DNA from: Hydrurus foetidus
Taxonomy: Eukaryota
Assembly: GCA_900617105.1 (NCBI GenBank)
Contig: UYFQ01000026.1
Span: 1-53,403, forward strand
Length of the DNA: 53,403 bases
Direction of reading: 5' to 3'
Positions within the stretch are counted from its first letter, which is position 1; every line of letters begins with the position of its first letter. Of this stretch, positions 22,988-35,294 are shown in pieces. Made by a program: the position numbers and the translations under genes. Under the pieces are notes generated by a model. That model had not been told where the DNA came from. It saw only the letters and a program-made list of their open reading frames with translations, and searched no databases.

Positions 22988-23554
22988 TTATTTGTATTGT
23001 GTTGGAATGATATTCGACATGTTGTTGTTGTTGAGGTAGTCGTGTACAACAGACACTCTCTTCATTTCAGCCCATGGTTCCCATGAATCATGTGCTGAGG
23101 AATAGTTGTGCCAACGGATTAGGAACTCGAGCGACGATACTTTTTGGGATTGCCACGGTGAGTGATAACCAAATCGACGATATATTCATCATGGTCTATT
23201 AGTGCTGCTGTTTCTGCATCGGTTTTTGAACCAATGAATGGCGTCACTCTACTTGAGTGAAGTATTGAGATGATGTTTGTAACGACATGTCGGCAGTTGA
23301 TATCGTTTTTTGATTGTTTTATCACTTCGTATGGTCCGAGGAGTTTCGGAGAAAGCTTACTGGATCGTAGGGATTGCGGAGTCTCTAATGGATTCCATAG
23401 TATGTAATCTCCAGGTTGGTATGTGTTGTGCGAAGTAGGAGGCGTGTTTAATTGACGTTTACGGCGTAGCGATTCTTGATATAAACTAGTTATTGATCGT
23501 ACGATTGCTAGGTTGCGATCAAGAGCTGTTACAAGATCACAATACGTGTGACCT
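22988..23554 (-). CDS. Gypsy B integrase C-terminus and chromodomain (copy 2)
   Basis: Same as 15651-16217; continues from 29288 (PLLPG|HTYCD) after removing gypsy C. Confidence 0.88.
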
Positions 23555-24012
23555 TGTGGTCTGACGGCGGGGCCTAGGACGGGAGGCGAAGTTGGAGAAG
23601 GCGGAGGACGGAAGGCGTGGGCAAACGAAGGCAAAGTCGAGAGTCGGTGGAATAGACTTGTGTTAGTATCTTACAGTTGAGTATATACAAGTGATGTGTA
23701 CGCTAAGTGCATTCACGTCATATGTGGAACTAAGACCTAAAAGTGGAATCTGAGCGTAATATACCTATTGTACCTAGTTAACCTAGACACATTGTATTCC
23801 CTTAGGAATGCAATAAGGCTACACTACCCCTTCTTCCTTTTTTGAAGATCTTTGATTTGATATACAGAAAAAAAGAGATATGTAAAACATATATATGAGA
23901 TATAGATGAAACGATTATGTCAGACTTTTACTGACTAAACTCTCCAAAAAAGACCCGTAGGTAAAAAAAAATAGGAGAGAATCCTCATGGATAAAGTTTC
24001 AAATATATTAAG

Positions 24013-27000
24013 TCATCGATGTTGCTTATTGATTAATTTAGTCATGTTATTATGACGTAAATAATCATGAAGTTTATCAACATCACGAAGATTTGAATAA
24101 GGTTCCCAAGTGTTTTTGTCTGAAGGGTAATTTAACCATTTGACTAAAAACTCTATGTGGGTACGTTGGTGTTTGCCACGATGATCAAGAATGTCTTCAA
24201 CAAAGTATTCCATGTGATCACGTCGTGCAACATCCAACGGATTTGTGATTGAAGGGTCAAATAGAAAAGGTTTCATTGCAGAAACATGAAACTCTGAAGT
24301 TTTCTGAGTGACTAAATCATAAAGTGTGTAACGCGAATTTTCGCCACTAACGACTTTTAATGGGCCTCTCCAATGCGTGTGAAGACGTGAAGGAGGGATC
24401 CATCGCGATAGTGCACTAAGACATAAGAGTCTTTTGGATAATCTACATGCTGAAAAACTTGAGACTGACTTTGATGAAGCAAATCTGTGCGAAGAAGTTC
24501 TTTAGCAGAAGCTTTAAGAAGACTGTCTTGCGTTTTGAGTAGATTGCTCATACGCTTTGACAAAGGTTTGTCATCAGTAACATTTCGCTCAGCAGGAGGT
24601 AAAAAGATACCTCTATCGAGTTTTAGTACATTTCCGAAAAGAAGTTGAGAAGATGATATTTTTAAACGATCACTGTGATTAGAATTTAAAATTCGTTGCA
24701 CAAATGGAAGTGACGTTTTATAATCTTCTAGTGTGACATTATCGAATGTTAATGCACGAAGATGTCTATTAACTTCTTTATTCATGCGCTCAACAATAGC
24801 ATTTTCTTCTTTAGAGTATGCTAAAGTAAGACAATGTTGAGTGCCAATAAGAGTTAGAAACTCTCTAATAACTTCGGAAATGAAGTGTGGCCCATTATCA
24901 GAACGGAGTTGGAGAGGTGCGCCGAAACGACCGAAGTGTTGCAAGAGGCATTTAGCTGTTGAAAGTGCTGTAGCATCTTCTGTATGAAACAGTTCAACCC
25001 ATCTTGTGAACGTATCGATAATTACGAGTACGTACCCGCCGTCTGGAAACGGTCCTATGAAGTCTATGTTAAGGCATTCCATAGGTGTGTAAGTAGAAGT
25101 TGAGAAACCATGAGCATGTATTGGTATCTTTAACATACTCATTTTCTGACAACACGAACAGTGATCTATGAACCACCTGACGTGCTGACGCATATATTGC
25201 CATACTATCTTTTTGTCAATGAGACGCTTTAAAGTGCGCTCAAGGCCAAAATGCCCAACTTGTGAATTGTGTACTTTACTGATTGTATTGTACTGATCAC
25301 GTGTTAGAATTTTCAATAGTATTAGCAGACATGATTGCATCAGGAGTATATTCCTGAGGGAAATCAACCATGTTATTGCGACAGAGTCGAGACATCGAAT
25401 CAGCTATATCATTGTTAGCACCAGGTATATATTCAATTTTAAATGAATATTCGGATAAGGCCATAAACCACCGAACAATCATTGGATTTGAATTATCCTT
25501 GATGTATAACAAGTTACGATGATCTGTACGCAATGTGAACGTACGATCACGTAATAGCGATTTTAAATACGTGCACGAATAAAAGATAGCATATGCTTCT
25601 TTTTGTATAACAGCCCAACGAAGCTGAGCTTTGTTAAGTGATTTACTGACAAATGCTATGGGCGTTTCTTGACCGTCAACTAGCTGTAAAAATAGGCACC
25701 TACACCATAGTCCGATGCATCAGTGTGCAAGTAAATCGGATCGGTGTCACTTAAAAAGTGCATAGTCGTGCATTTTGAAATCTCGGATTTGATCAAATTG
25801 AATGCTCTGAGAGCTTCTATTGTCCAAGTTATTTTCTTATACTTATTATAGTTAAGAAGCAACTGATGTAACGGGTATACAACAGTAGAAGCGTTTCTAA
25901 CAAAGTCGTGAAAATAATTAACCAATCCTAAAAAACTTTTGAGTTGTTTAGATAGTACTGGTTTAGGAAAATCTAAGACAGTCCGTATTTTTTCTTGTGA
26001 CATTCTAAGTCCATCTGCAGATAGAACTTTGCCAACATAATCTATTTCGGCATAGCCTAGATAACACTTATTCGGTTTAAGGAATATTTTGTGTTTTCTA
26101 AATCGATCAAACACAAGACGAAGTCTAGAAATAAGTTCGTCAATGTCTTTACCGAAAACATTGCAATCATCTATGTACATTTCGCATATAGAGTATATCA
26201 GCCCTGCTAACACAACAGTCGTCATAATCTGTTGGAAATAGGAGGGAGCTTGTTTAGGCCCAAAGGGTAAACGAGTGAATTGATATACTCCGCAGAAAAG
26301 TATGAATGCAGTATAAGCACGTGCAGCAAGTGTAAGTGGTGCTTGATGGTAACCTTGAGTGAGGTCAAGTACAGCAAACACTTTTGCTTTATGTGCACCT
26401 ATTCTACGCAACATCTCACCGATGTGTGGAATAGGATGTGATTTATCTTCGGTACAATTGTTGAGATTCCGAAAATCAATACACATGCGCTTAGTTCCAT
26501 CAGATTTTGGAACTAGCAAAACTTGGCTATAATAAGCCGCGTTCGATTTTTCAACAATATTTTGTTTTTCAAGTTTTTTATTTGACTGAGAATGTCAGCT
26601 TGATCAACTGTTGATTTAGCCCATGGAGGTTGTCTATTTTAGGAACTCTCCATTGGTCGTCATTGACATGAAAGTCAAAGGGTGGAATATCAGCAGGAGT
26701 GGCCGAAAGTTCACTGCTAAATATATCCTTGAATTCGTGTACTAGTAACCGAAGTTTATTTTTCTGATCTTCATCACCTGCTAAGTTTATTAGCGAGAGT
26801 GGGTCAGTATCAGGAAATTCATCTATCCAAGGTGAAAACGAGTCCTTGATCGAGTCGTCGATTTCGTCCTCATCAGGGGGCACAGCCTCAAAAAGTCTTT
26901 CAGACTCTTGTATTAGTGAAGCTAGAATAACATGTGTTTGGGTTACTGCCGGTTTCACCTTTTGGGTTAAAGGATCGACCTTTGGGGAGCCATCAGAGGG

Positions 27001-27450
27001 TTGCAACTTCTCCTTAGGCTGACAGCCACACGTTATATCCACTTGTTCAGAAGATAAAACTTCCGCTAATGAGGTAGTGCTTGATGAAGCATTGGCAGAT
27101 ATTTGATCGGGGAAACGTGAAAATAAATTCAATTCGCGAATTGCTTTTCGTCCCACTATTAGATCAAATTTTGATTCGTTTAAAACATAAGCCGTGATTT
27201 GAAAAGTATAATAATTATTTAAATCAGGGCAAAAATAAGAAAGAGTTAAGTCTATAGTGTCAGAAATATCATAACAATGATTATCTAATCCACTACAAAC
27301 TTTACACAATTTCTTTGAAGAGTTAGAAACGAATTGTGTGAAATTATGATTAGTTATAATGCGGCGATGTATAAAGTTGCCAGCAAAAGAGCCGGTGTCC
27401 AGGAGAGTAAAGACTCTATTACTTTTTCCAGCATAACCTCCTGTGAGAGG
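24013..27450 (-). CDS. pol: Gypsy C pol (protease, RT, RNase H, integrase, chromodomain), broken by several frameshifts
   Basis: Protease VFTLLDTGSFAGNFI (~27370-27416); RT 25680-26519 (MCIDFRNLN, LDLTQGYHQ, MYIDD); RNase H HTDASDYG, RTDHRNL, IADSMSR; integrase 24357-25367 (H..GHFG..CSCC, IDFIG, RSDNG, ENAIVER); chromodomain 24013-24276. Confidence 0.93.
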
Positions 27451-28912
27451 GGAGATACGAAGAAAGGAATAAGTTCTGGATCATCGGAAAGAATAGATGA
27501 TGAATTTAGGTTGCATAGTTGCTCACCTTTGTGTTTCTTCGCAGCGTTTGTCGAGTCTGCTGTTGAAGTAGCAGGTTTTGACGAAGAGGAAGAAGAAGAG
27601 GAAGACGATGAAGAAGAGGTCGATGTCTTAGGTAAAGTTGGAATAAACTTAGCCTTTGAATCGACTTTCAACAACTGCTTGTGACCCTCAGAGTTGATAT
27701 AGGGTGAGTCTGTACTGTTATAGTACGGAGACGTAGTGTAGAAACACGTGGCGACGAAATGGCCAAGTCTCCCACAACCTGTGCACAGAGGTCTTTCGAA
27801 TTTGTCAGACTTGTCTGATTGCACTGATTGTTCGCTCTCTCGTGGACGTTTTTGATTTTGTCCTGAGAGGAACGAGGAGGGGCTTTGATTTGGCGAGAGT
27901 GATCACCATACAAAGGAGAGACATCAATGAACCGTAAGGCATCAATTGATTCTCGTAGCTTAGCAAGCTGCGCAAGCCATACGAATCGAAAGTCTTCGAT
28001 TGTAATGAGTCTTGGCGTTGTATTGTTAAGACTACGCTGTAACACTGCTCTCCAATTGATAGGTTCGACAGGCAACTTATCGATGAGAATTTTGGTTGCC
28101 TGAAGTTGGAGAGCGGGTGTTGCATCAGGGAATCCATCAACAATATCAGCTAAAAGCTGATCTGTCTTGTCTTCCACTGATTTATCCTTCAGGTCGAATT
28201 GAAGTGCGACCTGAGAGACAGTTTCAATGAAACTCAGCTTGTCAGTTCGATTGACAGCTGATGTAGGAACTGTGAGATTGAGTTCTCTACAGAACAATTG
28301 ATTCGACCAATGTTTCCAATTGTTACAGGAGTCGCGACGATCGGGATCAGTTGCAAACTTACGCTTGAGAAGCGTTGTAAACGATTGATGGTTGGAAACA
28401 TGGACTACGTCAACTGGTTTAAATGGAGTTCCATTTGAAAGGAGGACCTCCATTACCCGTAGTACTTCCTGACGAGAGGGCACGGCGCTCAACTTAGGAG
28501 CTCTCTCACCCGTCTGCACATATTGCTGGGGTGGTGCCATCGTCCTTGGAATAGGATTCTCAGCAATAGCTGGTGTCGCAGACGAATCTGGTATCGCAGC
28601 CGAAGCTGGTATCGCAGCCGAAGCTGGTGTCGCAGCCGAAGCTGGTTGCAATGACAAAGCAGATAACGCCGAAATGACAGGAATATCAATGACAGACATG
28701 ACCGCAGGCTCCGAATTCCGCTGAGGAATCGGTGCAGACAGGTCGCCGGCGGGGTCCTGAGCCGCAGGTGGCCCAGGAGACTCTGCGTCTCCACTACGAT
28801 TGTGATGGTCGTCATAGCGTTGTCGGAACGCGACGGCTACAGCACGAGGTTGCTGCTTTCGCCGAAGGGCGTTGATGGAGGATGTCTTTTTGTCTTGGCG
28901 GCGTAGAGCCAT
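27354..28912 (-). CDS. gag: Gypsy C gag (frameshifted) with CCHC knuckle and poly-Ser linker
   Basis: 414-aa ORF 27668-28912 begins ~100 bp after the 5' LTR; CTGCGRLGHFVATC in 27354-27824. Confidence 0.85.
28569..28646. repeat. 18-bp in-frame tandem repeat (~4 units) in gypsy C gag, encoding PASAA(T/I)
   Basis: GCTGGT(G/A)TCGCAGCCGAA units. Confidence 0.85.
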
Positions 28913-29014
28913 AACTTTGACGTGATGGTTTAAGTTGGAGGAGTCGAAGACAAAAAGTCGGAAAAGAGAAAAACTTTCTCGGAGGAAACTTCGGTGAAGA
29001 CCGAATATCGATAT

Positions 29015-29283
29015 TGTGGTCTGACGGCGGGGCCTAGGACGGGAGGCGAAGTTGGAGAAGGCGGAGGACGGAAGGCGTGGGCAAACGAAGGCAAAGTCGA
29101 GAGTCGGTGGAATAGACTTGTTTTAGTATCTTACAGTTGAGTATATACAAGTGATGTGTACGCTAAGTGCATTCACGTCATATGTGGAACTAAGACCTAA
29201 AAGTGGAATCTGAGCGTAATATACCTATTGTACCTAGTTAACCTAGACACATTGTATTCCCTTAGGAATGCAATAAGGCTACA
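29015..29283 (-). repeat. Gypsy C 5' LTR
   Basis: Matches 23555-23823; followed on + by TSD ACCT. Confidence 0.95.
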
Positions 29284-29287
29284 ACCT

Positions 29288-32200
29288 GGCAGTAGTGGTC
29301 GTGTATAGTCTCGCGTGCCGAATTTTAGTTCGACGGGAGACAGACCTCCGATTTCTGTGTTCGGCATTGTCATTAGTGCATGATTGATTAGGGGTAGGAC
29401 AGTGTCAGATGCCCATTGATTTGTAAATCTTTCATCGTGTACTAGACGACGTAGATGGCCCATGAATAAAGCGTTTACATGTTCTGTACCATTTGATTCG
29501 TGTCGTCCAACGAGTGAGATGCGATGTGGAATACCGATTCATTGATTAAGATGGTGCAGTATTTCAGCGGTGAAAGCGCTACCCGGATCGGAGTAGAGTG
29601 AATTATATGATCCGAAGGTGCAGTAATGTTTGAAGAGTATGACTGCAGCTGTTTTAGCCGTGTAATCTCGAATAGGGTAAGCTCGAGGAAATTTTGTATC
29701 GAGTTCTACTACAAGAAGTAGACCGATGTATCCATCTTCGTCGTGTGGAGTGACAGTGACGTGATCGATTCCTATAGATCGAGGATGATGGAGTATTGTC
29801 TCTCGAATTTCATTGTTGGAAATGGTTTGCATTGGGAGTCGATCCTTTTGACAGATAGGACATTCAGACACAAGATCTTGAACAACACGTAGAGGGATTC
29901 CATGGCCAGGAAACTGACGACACAGAGCGAGGTAAGTACGTTTTGCACCGTGATGTAGGGAGCGACCACCATGAACAGCATTGAACATGGTTTTGATAGT
30001 TAGGGGAGTCGAGATGGCAGACAGAGACGGTTGTGGTGTAGGCAGAGGATACATGCGTGATAGCCAATCTGCAACAGTATTATTCTTTCCCGGTATATGT
30101 TTGACGTTAAAGACAAAGCTCTGCAAAAGTACGCGCCAACGAACAACGATCGGAACATGGCTGGTTTCAATCAAGACAAGGTTGCGATGGTCGGTTTCCA
30201 GGAGGAACGGTTTACCACGTAAATAGTAATTGAATTGAGTGACTGCATAATACAGCGCATACGCTTCTTGCTTGAAGGTGTCCCAATTGACGGCTGCTCC
30301 AGAGTATTTGTGTGAAGCGAACGCGATTGGTTGGTGTATGATGGCGCCTTTGGAGTCTGTGTATTCCTGAAACAGAACTGCGCCTACGGCGTGATCGGAA
30401 GAGTCTGATCATATTATCCATGGCAGTGAGTAGTCTGGAAAATGTAGTGTGACAGATTCAGTAATGGCTGTCTTGAAGAGTTCGAACAAATGCTTGTAGT
30501 CAGTTTTCGATGTTGAACTGTCCCAGTTGAAACCAGCTGCAGTGCATTCGTACAAAGCGGATGCCCAGGAGGCGAAGTTGGGTATGTGAGTATGGAAGAA
30601 ATTTGCTGCTCCTAAAAAACTTTGCATTTGTTTTTGTGTTGAGATCATGGATGAGATGGCAGCTTTGCGTGCGTCAGAGAGCTGCCACGAGCCAGGGTGA
30701 ACTTCGTATCCGAAAAACGTCACAACATCTGTACCGATCCAAGATTTCTTCATCTTCAAAACGAGTCCATGCTTTTGGCAGCGGTGTAGGACTTTTTCTA
30801 GCTTACAGTGCGCATCGTAATAGTCGGAGGCAAGTATGAGAAAGTTGTCAAAAATGACTATGATCCAGTCGTCAAAGTCTGTAAAGATACGGCGAACGAT
30901 GGACTGTAGAATACCAGATGCCGGGCCAACTCCTTCGGGGAGGAATTTTGGTCGGAACAGCCCCCATGGTGTTGATACGGAGAGTAGGTTGGAACTAAAG
31001 TCGTCGATGGGTATTTGATGGAATGAGTTTGTCATATCGAGATCGACAAAGATCTTCCAACCAGCAGCTTTTGCGAGGGACTGTTGGACATGTGGTATTG
31101 GTTCTTGTGGAATGCTAATGAATGGATTGATAGGACGATAGTCTCCACAAAGTCTTATGAATGGAGTAGTTGCTTTAGGTGCAATCACTAGTGGACAAGC
31201 TATTGAAGACGTAGATGGTTCGTAGAAGTACGTACGCATTCGATCGAATTCAGTCTTGGCGTCTTGATAGAGGGCTTCTCGAACAGGGCGAGCTCGTGCT
31301 TTTAGAAATTCTGGCAGTCCAGGTTTGACATCGAGATGGTGTGGTGGCATGTCGATACCTTTCCATGTGCGTGGAACGAAGACATCGTAGGCTAGTTCGG
31401 ATTGAAGGAGTTCCATGATTTTTGGACATGCAGCACGAATGCCAGGAGTAACGTGTGAAATCAAATCAGAGTCATAAATCGCACGAGCTTCTTCTGGAGT
31501 AGTTGTGAGGTATGCAAGAATGTCGTCAGGAAAGCTTGTTGGGTCCGGTGTATCGAGCTCTTCAGGCGCAAGGGAGTCTATTGGTTTAGACCAGGGCTTA
31601 ATGATGTCACCGGGATCTGGGGAGCATAATAGCGCACTTAGCATAGTGTATTGCGTTTCAACACGGTCATCAGCGAAGACGTGGCCGAGGCGGGGATGTG
31701 CTAGTATGTTGGTTATTGTCCCATCCTCGAGCGCAAGCAGGTGGATGTGAGTGCTGGCACTATTGCACATTACATTTTTGCGTTGGCTATAATTGGCACT
31801 GCATTCTTGAAGCTTTTGTGTAGCTTGTATTATGCTGCTGTCATTATGTTGAAGACGAAGGGTATTTATTGCTGCTGTTGTTTCCGTCAAATTTGTTCCT
31901 AGATCATTAGTGATCTTAAGTTGTCTTGATGTCATGACAGAGTCAGCGAATAGATCGTAGAATGGACCGATGAGATCAACTAAGCCAATGATGATATCGT
32001 GACTTAAGACGTCAAGGACACTATACCAAAGGAGATGTTGGTGATTGTTGTTGGAGGAGTCTAGGATGCCGACAGTAAGAGGAACTTCAAGTTGAATTGA
32101 TAAGAAGCGAGCATCGCCTAAGCGGACAATTCTATCGATCGGACGGCTAAGGTCGGTGACACTTGGGGGCAGGCTATCGTATAATTGTCTTGATATAAAG

Positions 32201-32427
32201 TTGCTTCCTTGTGCACCAGTGTCAAGGAGACCACGACTGAAGGGCATTAGCCCAGTGTCAGTCACAATGGTACCAGAGCGAATGAAAGGTTGACACAGTG
32301 TTTGTGATGTAGTCGATGTAGCAGACGCCAATTCGTTGAGCATTGCGTGCGTTAGGACTTTGTCAGGGTCAAAGACAGTCGGATGTGGGTAGTCGTTAGA
32401 GGAGGCGAGGTGATCTTCTACATGCAT
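29288..32427 (-). CDS. pol: Gypsy B pol (protease, RT, RNase H, integrase N-terminus and core), with frameshifts
   Basis: LLDTGAQGSNFIS; LCGDYRPIN, DLDMTNSFHQ, LPEGVGPASG, VIFDNFLI; QSFLGAANFF; KHIPGKNNTVADWLSR; HGGRSLHHG..CPIC; IGIDH..YSDPGSAF. Confidence 0.92.
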
Positions 32428-32454
32428 TTCGGCAAAGGAAGGCCTCGCAAAATC

Positions 32455-34175
32455 CTATTTCTGATACGGACGAGTTGATGTGGGTAAGAAGGAAGGCTTT
32501 GTTGCTCCATGGAAAGTTGTAGAGCTGGTGTTCTTTAATCCATGTGCATTGTTTGTCTTCAAGTTGTTAGATGCTTCTTGTTTTGGCGAAGACCATGGCT
32601 CAAGCTGTCCATGTTGTTGGAGCTCTCGTTTGGCAAGGAGTGTAAATGAATTGATGCATCGTTCTTGACCTGCGGTTGAATGGTCAAAGGTACAACCAGA
32701 ATTCTGGCGTGCACATTTACCATAGACGAATGCTTCGCTGCAGAATCCACGAAATGTAGCAGATACAGCTGAACGTGAACGATGCTGATCTGTGCTGATG
32801 GCAAGAAGGTAATCGTCATTAGCGATTTCTGCGTTTGTGTCATTGGAGAATTCTCGATCGTCAGTCATGTTTGTAGGCGTACTTTTATCATCTTTGTCTT
32901 CGTCAGTTTCATTGCCAGGCGCAGTTGTTGTCTGTTGCGTAGAAAGCTCTATTGATGAAAAGTTGGATTGCTGACGCAAATCGTTTTTTCGCGGAGTAGT
33001 AAATGGCGGACGTGTTGCTGGTGAGATCTGATGGCGTGTGTGGGATTCGCCTTGAGTGTAGCGTAAGTCCTCATAACGTATGGGAGTGAGCTTCGCATCG
33101 AAGTCCTGACGAGCCTCGCTTTGGGCGCGGCCTTCCATCAACCTTGCTATGATGAACTTGACGGATGATTCAATGGTCTTGTGCTTAACGAGTTCATCTT
33201 TGCTTAGCCATTGTAGGATGGACTCCTTCTGTGTGTGCCCAAAGAGATAAGCCATAAGGCAATTTGACCGGGGCTGTCACGTGTTCCGTAGCCTTGAACT
33301 GGTATCTTTGACTTGTTGGTGCTGTGGTTGGAATTTTCCTCAGACATAAGATCATGAAGGTGATGTAAGTCGGTCAGCGACTTCATTAATGGGGCGTAAA
33401 ATGTGCTGGAGAAGTTCTCGGTGGTTATAGAAGGAGTTTGTGGGATTCCTTTTCCGAGAAATAGGATGAGTTCCTTTGAGTATAATTCTTTTGTTCGTGG
33501 CCTCGCAGCTTCCACCAGGATGGCTTGGACCTCCGAATTCGATAGAGATAGCCAATCTTCTACCATAATCTCGTTAGATTCAAGACCGGTAATGAGAGAT
33601 TCTCGATAACGATAAGAATTCCACGATGCTACGACGTGTGGGCGCAGATTGTAGGAAACCATGTGGGCCATTTTGATTTCGCGACCTGGGTATTTGGAAG
33701 ACAATAGTTGAAGTTGTCGAGCCAGGTACTGAAGACCTTCAAATGAACTGACTTTGAGCTCTTTGTCATATACGATGTCGGCTTGAAGTACTTGAATGTT
33801 TGATTTGAACGGTGTATCTATAAGGAGCGTATCCGTGAGCTGTGGAGTTGATGGTAGTTGGGATATTCCAAAGAACATTGAAGATCTTCTGCTGCCGCGA
33901 GATCTGACGGGAAGAGGAGTTTCCATACTTTCTGAACCTATTGGTGACTGAGAGCTTGATCTATTGATGGCCTTGATTGCCTCCTTCAATTCATTGATGT
34001 CGGCGCGGTTGCTGGCTTGAGTTTCGCTGTTTGATTTTAGAAACTGGGAGAACATTTTCTTGAGCTCCAAAATAGTTGGGTCTTCTTTTGAGACCTCGAT
34101 TGTTTTCTTTGGATCTTCCTTCTTTAAATCTTCTTTCTTCGGTGGTTGAATTTGGCCTTTCGTTCCTTCCGACAT
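32455..34175 (-). CDS. gag: Gypsy B gag (two overlapping frames, 33204-34175 and 32455-33255) with CCCH-type finger
   Basis: Lies between the 5' LTR and the protease; CSEAFVYGKCARQNSGCTFDH at 32680-32742. Confidence 0.8.
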
Positions 34176-34385
34176 AGTTGAGGAAAGAGAAGAGATTTGT
34201 AGACTTTTTTTCTTCTTCTTTTTTGAGTGGCCTTGCGGGCTTATAAGATTGAGACTGAACTTACCTCAGAGATCTAAATTCCCGCTGAGCCAGGGCGATC
34301 ACTGCTTTCTGGCGGATAGGAAATGAATCAACTGAGGAGAGTCGATATTTCAAACGTTGTCTCGTGTAAACTAGAAATATATATT

Positions 34386-34707
34386 TATGCTGGATCACGG
34401 CTTCGACGAACTGGTCGAAGATGAAACGTTGATTGTCCAGTTGGGCAGATTGGCGCAACTGGAGATCCTGTCAGACGGATTGGACTGAACAAGGGATTTG
34501 GCTGACTCAAAGGAGTCGAAGTCGGTTTTGGTTTGTAGTAACGGTAGTTAATTAGATGTGAAAGGAGTGTGAGATTAGCTACGATGAAGTGTGTCTCGAG
34601 TTGAAGTTGTCGAACAGTCAGAAACCGAAAACTGGTCCGAAAAACTACGAGTGACGTGGATTGTGTATGTACATACGTGTGAGCAATGTGTGGTAACGAA
34701 TGTAACA
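34386..34707 (-). repeat. Gypsy B 5' LTR
   Basis: Same sequence as 21612-21933; element-sense ends TGTTAC..AGCATA. Confidence 0.93.
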
Positions 34708-34711
34708 AGTC

Positions 34712-35269
34712 GTCTTCTCCGTAGATATGCGTCAGGTTGCTCCTGCGGATGTAATGCCACAGTTGCACACTGTCCAATCTGAGGCGGCATGCCTCGAATC
34801 CTGGCGCCTCTCGAACCTTGGATTTGGACCCAGCCGACATCCTTGACCACATTAGTGGAAAAAGCTGGGTCTCCATTGCCTTGCGGCGTCATTCGAACGC
34901 ATTGGCTCTCAATTTGTCGATGAGTGCCTCTGGGAACACGACAGGAGCCTGCTCGGGGAGCTGTGGCCCGATCATAATATTTTCGAGTTCTACGGACCCG
35001 TCTTCGTCTTCCTCCCCGTCTTCGTTTTCGATACCCGCTGTCGAAGCATCGGTCTCCACCGTCTGAAAGGTGGGGTTGTAATCCTCCTCACAAGCATACG
35101 GTTGGACGTAGCTCTTGTTGGTGCTAAAGAACATGCCGGTCATACCGTACAGGCCGCATGCCTCGTTCTGCATTTCTTCCTTCCACTGCACAACGTTGTT
35201 GTGGCGTCCGATCTTCAGCATACACTGCTCTGCACCTGATTTTGGTTCTTCTTGCTTCTTTGGCGGCAT
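34712..35269 (-). CDS. gag: Copia A gag N-terminal part
   Basis: MPPKKQEE.. starts 26 bp after the 5' LTR; an in-frame stop at 34889 is followed by LFPLMWSRMS..HIYGEDD, which joins SMRAVN across the gypsy B insertion. Confidence 0.85.
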
Positions 35270-35294
35270 CTCGATGCGCTAATTAGTTTAATTC

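Larger units (their letters stand above)
18590..24690. repeat. Second copy of ~11240-17350 (tandem duplication, offset ~7337 bp)
   Basis: Near-identical ORF set (13375/20712, 14844/22181, 15782/23119) and LTR copies; few substitutions and homopolymer indels. Confidence 0.95.
23555..29283 (-). mobile_element. Ty3/gypsy chromodomain retrotransposon C, nested in gypsy B integrase
   Basis: 269-bp LTRs 23555-23823 and 29015-29283 (1 difference seen); TSD ACCT (23551-23554, 29284-29287); complete gag-pol domain set. Confidence 0.96.
21612..34707 (-). mobile_element. Ty3/gypsy chromodomain retrotransposon B, nested in copia A gag
   Basis: 322-bp LTRs 21612-21933 and 34386-34707 with no differences seen; TSD AGTC (21608-21611, 34708-34711); gag-PR-RT-RH-IN-chromodomain order; PPT present. 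Confidence 0.95.
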
